Assembly: GCA_947626175.1 (NCBI GenBank)
Contig: CANQRE010000002.1
Span: forward strand, 1 to 38,859
Length of the DNA stretch: 38,859 nucleotides
Direction of reading: 5' to 3'
DNA from: an uncultured Clostridia bacterium
Lineage (GTDB): Bacteria > Bacillota > Clostridia > Christensenellales > UBA1242
A program made the position numbers and the translations under genes. Numbering within the stretch: the stretch's first letter is position 1; the number at the start of each line of letters is the position of its first letter. This document shows positions 36,801 through 38,859 of the stretch, in pieces. The notes beneath the pieces are model-generated. The model was not told where the DNA came from. It made no database searches and saw nothing but the letters and a program-made list of their open reading frames with translations.

Positions 36801-38859
36801 TTAACGTGAACGGGGTTATTGACATTCGCGGCGAAGTTGTTGGCGGAGTTATTGGCTTCACTGGCGTGAAAACAAAAGTAAAGGACGCTTCGCTTCAAAT
36901 TGAAAATGGCTCCAAAATTTTGTCATACAATGGCTTTGCCGGCGGAATTGTTGGCTTTGCAAACGGTCAATTTGAACAAATATATTCCGAATATGATGAA
37001 GAGTTGCAGGCCAATATTGAAGGAACTGGCACTTTAACAAACAACATTTACTCATATTATCAAGGCAATCTTTCAGCTGAACGCGGCGCACTTGACATTT
37101 TTGTGCTTGAAGCTGAAGATGAAGCGGGACAAGTGGCTGGCGAAACAGCTGTTCGTTACAAACCAAAATATATCGGCGGATTGTTTGGCGGCATAAAATC
37201 AGCTGCTGTGGCTGTTTCATACAGCAAAATCAATGTGATCAACGCTTATGAAGGCGGCTTTGCAGGCGGAATTGCCGGCGGAGTTTTCCCAAACAAAACA
37301 ACATTTATTGTGCAAGCAGATGAAAACTCAGCACGTGAGCAGTTCACAACATACCTTCATGAAGTTTACACTTCGTCAGACGTGTTTGTTGTTGACGGTG
37401 GAAATGATGAAGATTGTCTTGCAGCTGACGATTTGCGTTATGGCGGATTGTTTGGCAAAATTGATGCCACAAGCGGTGATTCAACAAACAAAATTGCTTT
37501 GTCGTCAGTGAACGCTGTCAACCATTACGGAATCAACAACAATCGTTATGGTGTTAATGACAAAATTTATGCCATTGCGGGAAGCGGTGTTCAAACAGAA
37601 GCTCAAGACATGACAAGGACAACGTATAACGAACATGGTGAAGAGTTAAAAGAAGTGGTAAGATTAGTCGAGCCAACAAATGTGGGAATCATTGTTTCGG
37701 CAGTTGCAAATCAGGACAATGCTTCTGCAACCGCAGATAACAAATCTGGAAAATCATTTGGCTTTATGGAAACCTACGTAAGCAGCAACGGCACAACTTT
37801 GACAGTTGTTCCATTCAATGGGATTGATACGCAAGGTAATATAGACAGTGACGATGGTTGGTATGACTATCTGGAGAAAGAGAAAGGTGATGATCTCACC
37901 ACCACTCAAAATCAAGCAAACTCTTACATGGAAGCTTATCAAAAAATTTATGATGACCTGTATTTCACAATCAAAGCGATTTCTGAATTTAACAATGTTC
38001 AAACAGCTTATTCTGAAACAAATGGAGCATTTATCAACTCAAGGGCATGGAATGCCCGTAATTGGAAGCATTTGACAAACACATTGTATCCACAAATCAA
38101 CTTTGCCCATTCTGAAAGTTACATGTATCTTGATGTATACAACAAGGCTGAAGTTTTGGCTGAAATGCAGGAAAATCCAAACCTTGAAATTCGTGTTCGT
38201 GGCCTTGAAAAACCAACCGACAGTGCTGGACAAATGACTTTTAAAAATATTGTATTGACAAAACAGGATTTAGCTGCCTTTCAGAATTTCAAAGGCACAA
38301 TACTTGGAGCAATTGACAGGTCTTGGGGATCCAACAAAATTGACACCCCAATTGGTGATAGGAGCATAACCGCTTACCCAGGGCTTGAAATTAGTGACTC
38401 AATGTTTTTAGGTGGCGGTGCCAATGAAGGCCTTGTTATAAGAAATTTAAACATATTCATGAAGCCTGCAAATGGAGAAGACCATATAAATTATCCTCTT
38501 TTCGCTGGCACAGCACAAAAAGTTTCACTTGAAAATGTTGATTTCTATATATATAATCAAGTTATGCTTTCCGGCGATGACAATAATGCCGGCATAATCG
38601 CTCCGAACGCAGATAGCGGTGAAACAGGGACAAGCACAAAGTTTGTTGACATTTCGCTTAATTTCTTTGCTAATATCACAGAGAGCAATCCTGCCGTTAT
38701 ACTTAAAGCCAACAATGCCGGACTTCTTGTTGGAACATTCACACAAAGCTCAAAATATTCATCTTTGCGTGTTCAAAACATTGTTGTTAGATATGATGAT
38801 TCGGGAAATGGAGATTTCTTGGAAGTTCAACCATCTTCTAGTGCGGAAGTTAACGTTGG
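27809..38859 (+). CDS. giant surface lipoprotein with multiple GLUG-like repeat modules (5' partial; no stop within the window, >3,683 aa)
   Basis: The frame was walked codon by codon from 27809 to 38859, including line junctions, with no stop. An in-frame TAA lies upstream at 27776-27778. The TTG start is 7 nt after GGGAGG. The signal peptide is MKSKISKVFVVIFGAFLLLGGLVFSAC. Repeated F.G.L.GNG..I entry motifs and GG(I/L)(V/F)G / AGFV strands are present. The ORF is absent from the supplied track because it is open-ended. Confidence 0.9.
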   Translation, partial: MKSKISKVFVVIFGAFLLLGGLVFSACGKKEVHATISVSSQSFDENGVINLDIGSGEAKAEISAKVEGTSGGSISVNNENQTIVFTESTYDSKTNVTTIKITAKSEGDATLMLRAHGNAEREIKVFVYSDITALEQNPDATKQYVVRGEQTPLDPSRYLKFTSRKNGESNRKDVTWSLQTQSEFVTLDESNRLTVSEDYDQSQVVLVASSVYTNLSATVTLDVVKALPKEIVPGYFVGDEQTEGQAYIPTSEEVENAISLEVNNNKSLYLEINVGSEFFPLVELPKAIVKIDGKEDSSIFEITRRSYSDKPIDVQDAFFFKLKPKSSKKVGLVEVCFEIKYSSYNLYSVQTKSFYINLEQIVNQISVSSNGEDLVDGEKINIYDHYTTVGQANGRPIYVELGPDTIQNDKATFKIKVSPQISMALEKLSDALSIVCISDGGQAKEIEFDREGSSFVTKSSLTNKTTIFVKVNQEAAETYDGSEFKIEFIADQNKNVNSGLTLVCGRSPGTDFVVESENFKPETRGENQVYAYYLPINISNSQTFTFTTSEELNGIKGFYIKPISSNQNLFSVSGFSFNQNDFNFTISTTLTQQELATAQNTTFEFQICHENGFVGVIDQTNSFIIQPFISMEDASVKVDNLLSSGVIREENNQNSEGMADTQQSGTGTLSNLIMQTGSTVVLNFFSNAGIVDLSNNGVIFVSGEGLDENPTAGMLIAAYQGQQGQPDNVEFSIDGHLSINSDFNGYCLVTFSGYDRSHEDTVIYRIFHVEAYTAPTRLTADEQGVTLPALDSISTSEANLARATINVSYRPDNKPVTYASGDATQPQGQVTIYSQNYYNDVNGVQPQPGKDNFSGYKYIKCENIIVTNKSISFDVVALTTDGYDIWSDQIVVTYEVHNRKYYTTIDVLIENAQRVENIRWINETADGEIYLDLNGIENSDRSAMIITSVTPLSARNTSLCYKFVPDSTSNKGLLDSQALENGIVTIAPSLTEGGTGYVYIFPQDAIKLSSGFEQIVYYVDNRYGQPEERSFSIDNIGENFEQALNGYFYRRVSADEITKVYFSNILKRIKVVVADGATEERATRIYDENELKNISISNHYVLMNSLTLNNWQSIGLGQEFTGSLKGYSSDISINFAGESNPLFDTIGEGGKVENLSVSGSVNGGGFVANQNKGLIHLIKATVNITSGQNTQSVTKSIVTGTEYAGAIVGINNGLISSVSVEGVEISATDYAGAVAGLNNGRIGIYNSENGGFGAKVEFYIFKDGENTATNTITAAHVGGIVGKISSNGVIESSYAYNYSSFDVLISENKGSFAAQAEGEPTIKQSFAWNLTPQNDLPAVASGDENVIYEDVYFNADANSDEITNRSNWIYPGEIGYYGYVRKSGEQNLPYLSNLYQAQTVSSLDAIAVQQNVKDGDHQKVYVNGATNILFLHAVEQVNLTGAETSALNALNTISLSDLFESDGNNLIALSSRSDIAEVRGSALIVKHTGEFKLTISAKQDYSKYREIDFVVLNALDLFGVVFEGDVTTGFQIQANRSSEVEFTIENTIYLANNPIAFVLQQTKFEIQTSVEQTEGPDKLTFQPNGMQATLFAQIESQDGKAKSFNASVNIKLSSYPDGDVYDAIKKYSQKDLVISASKGANEIGVSNEELTIEPSFNSQLYVWLDTDYENDDIELSFAERELSVERVVSSNDVVTWHVKRGGDIIMEIVQLTKGNESEIHPRTYVLTIKVSESYRSQISADQSFHLQISSKSKTAINENRQVVINLSRQNINYIDMTNYKPGANVLDGNTFYYTRMDTLTSGISPGRTSIMNVFVDPDYAYYKYMTLTYSRSGQTQTNFALGITSLEFDGGKTSSTRYTQSATTSTAPVPNGIRVERKQNGAYAFLIYAGANINQNSTFILTAAFYDENGIEVKHNSFNLFVAALPIAELQVNGSDEEVVVAKGSSARLSIMLDNDQQIESLVASSIGGSGVKGIELTPENGWEIVENYQGTGKKMIYLTVKVNIDAGIQVEEEGKIKYVNGMFQIEATVARIYNGVREIRRSYAYIVIADFMPAPAVLERAEYSDSLDAYVFEAYNNINLSLDFEYNFDPQDYAYDQTNDEDREVVDKLMSARNDFAKNLFYYNANSEFSINYRDGQPVPLTQRIYDANNNQLQFNLSSDGKTYVYEGFNFKLNYVIGEDNVPQFSVIGLRTTASPVVLIMRDLINIAQDGRDVNRYVDTRFAIRITDFSSGDRPHMITSAEEFLSVDSEGEAHDYILMNDITLVNYTPISASKFRSLDGNGQTIHIESFNTSGSGNLDLALFTTIPQATVIKNLRVNLYNGGNIVVNTAPTTGYRNIRVAAIALDNYGIITNTQVVAYQNPEALRVNTGELGLQVTLLRGSSQYYIADESVTSEIAGFVLNNHSEGSITNSTVGGQEIVVIGEQQGSTDKFYYSTEKLGQFTLYGQGNMAGFVLNNDGQIASSGAEQIQITNDTHLNSSETAGFVGRNTGKVRMSMVAGVQEQMETGSEKYYLSGSNIKSQGKIAGFVINNGEQGEISNCYSNISLVDLSNNPIKGRTAAGFVYENKNLISTSYSASFVEKSDLLNLNFSGVDENGNSLNTGKIELSYYYNPSTDTNVDDLEKVITNLATPIMQDEVKNKSAYYGFIFQTSSTKQDGIWRMVDPSQDGSAIALGLRLVSRDIVTLSHRYYVGRSDNTYDLPFAQLTSVSAVGRGYDTTYGSSDNPILITSAKDFKEAVGESSSTNVRKYYTNTEVKGSYRFVSDIDMSALNDEFGNATISSISKAFTGTLEGNGFQIKKLSLGSQEGVGSVPNAAGLFGQIKAPSSISQQDQALVQNLDIEINNVTFGRSNIVGSLAGMVSDAIISNINVTQNSALESISSRKGVQGGNLTGGIIGAVFGETKLNGLSAKDIVVQSSYSSSSEDNDKYISFDPQPVRESQVNQKGFYDAGPGGVGSLSVAGGIVGYYDGYLSIERTSSSFNYQQGLQAEAFDTQRLNVNGVIDIRGEVVGGVIGFTGVKTKVKDASLQIENGSKILSYNGFAGGIVGFANGQFEQIYSEYDEELQANIEGTGTLTNNIYSYYQGNLSAERGALDIFVLEAEDEAGQVAGETAVRYKPKYIGGLFGGIKSAAVAVSYSKINVINAYEGGFAGGIAGGVFPNKTTFIVQADENSAREQFTTYLHEVYTSSDVFVVDGGNDEDCLAADDLRYGGLFGKIDATSGDSTNKIALSSVNAVNHYGINNNRYGVNDKIYAIAGSGVQTEAQDMTRTTYNEHGEELKEVVRLVEPTNVGIIVSAVANQDNASATADNKSGKSFGFMETYVSSNGTTLTVVPFNGIDTQGNIDSDDGWYDYLEKEKGDDLTTTQNQANSYMEAYQKIYDDLYFTIKAISEFNNVQTAYSETNGAFINSRAWNARNWKHLTNTLYPQINFAHSESYMYLDVYNKAEVLAEMQENPNLEIRVRGLEKPTDSAGQMTFKNIVLTKQDLAAFQNFKGTILGAIDRSWGSNKIDTPIGDRSITAYPGLEISDSMFLGGGANEGLVIRNLNIFMKPANGEDHINYPLFAGTAQKVSLENVDFYIYNQVMLSGDDNNAGIIAPNADSGETGTSTKFVDISLNFFANITESNPAVILKANNAGLLVGTFTQSSKYSSLRVQNIVVRYDDSGNGDFLEVQPSSSAEVNV

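Noticed and set aside
27960-38746. 24 short track ORFs (60-130 aa, both strands) scattered through the last 11 kb
   Set aside because: All lie in other frames or antisense to the uninterrupted frame that starts at 27809. They are frame shadows of the giant gene, with no SDs or recognisable motifs.

Overview
AT-rich, standard-code chromosomal segment that looks like a Clostridia-type Firmicute. The evidence is a spoIIID homologue, a SpoIIQ-like LytM protein, the glmU-like/pth/mfd gene order, and YetF/DUF4363 and MurJ/SpoVB-like genes. The left 27.7 kb is tightly packed with housekeeping and envelope genes: marR-cysS, recD2, an amidase-domain protein, an XRE regulator, a lipoprotein, a GPH/MFS symporter, a GtrA-ASCH fusion, a 996-aa membrane-anchored surface protein, a stand-alone tRNA-Glu unit, comFC, a small membrane protein with an unlisted LysM micro-ORF, a MurJ-like flippase, DUF421+DUF4363, a type-I membrane protein, a degenerate glmU-like gene, pth, mfd, a PrsA-like lipoprotein, a UPF0104 membrane protein, two small secreted proteins, the SpoIIQ-like M23 protein, acpP, spoIIID and ttcA. 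The right 11 kb (27809 to the window end) is one uninterrupted reading frame that the ORF track does not list because it never closes. I walked it codon by codon and found 3,683 codons with no stop. It has a TTG start behind a GGGAGG Shine-Dalgarno (SD), a lipoprotein-type signal peptide and a consensus TTGACA-18-TATAAT promoter. It contains at least four GLUG-like glycine-rich repeat modules separated by long stretches I cannot assign to any family. The C-terminus of the 996-aa protein at 8129 carries one copy of the same module. Secondary observations: several genes have sigma-A type promoters placed so that transcription would start at or within a few nt of the ATG with no SD (candidate leaderless mRNAs). 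One of these promoters sits inside the upstream terminator hairpin. There is also a truncated GlmU-like pseudo-enzyme and a 22-nt direct repeat pair with stacked terminators beside tRNA-Glu. I saw no CRISPR array, transposase, integrase or recognisable defence system.
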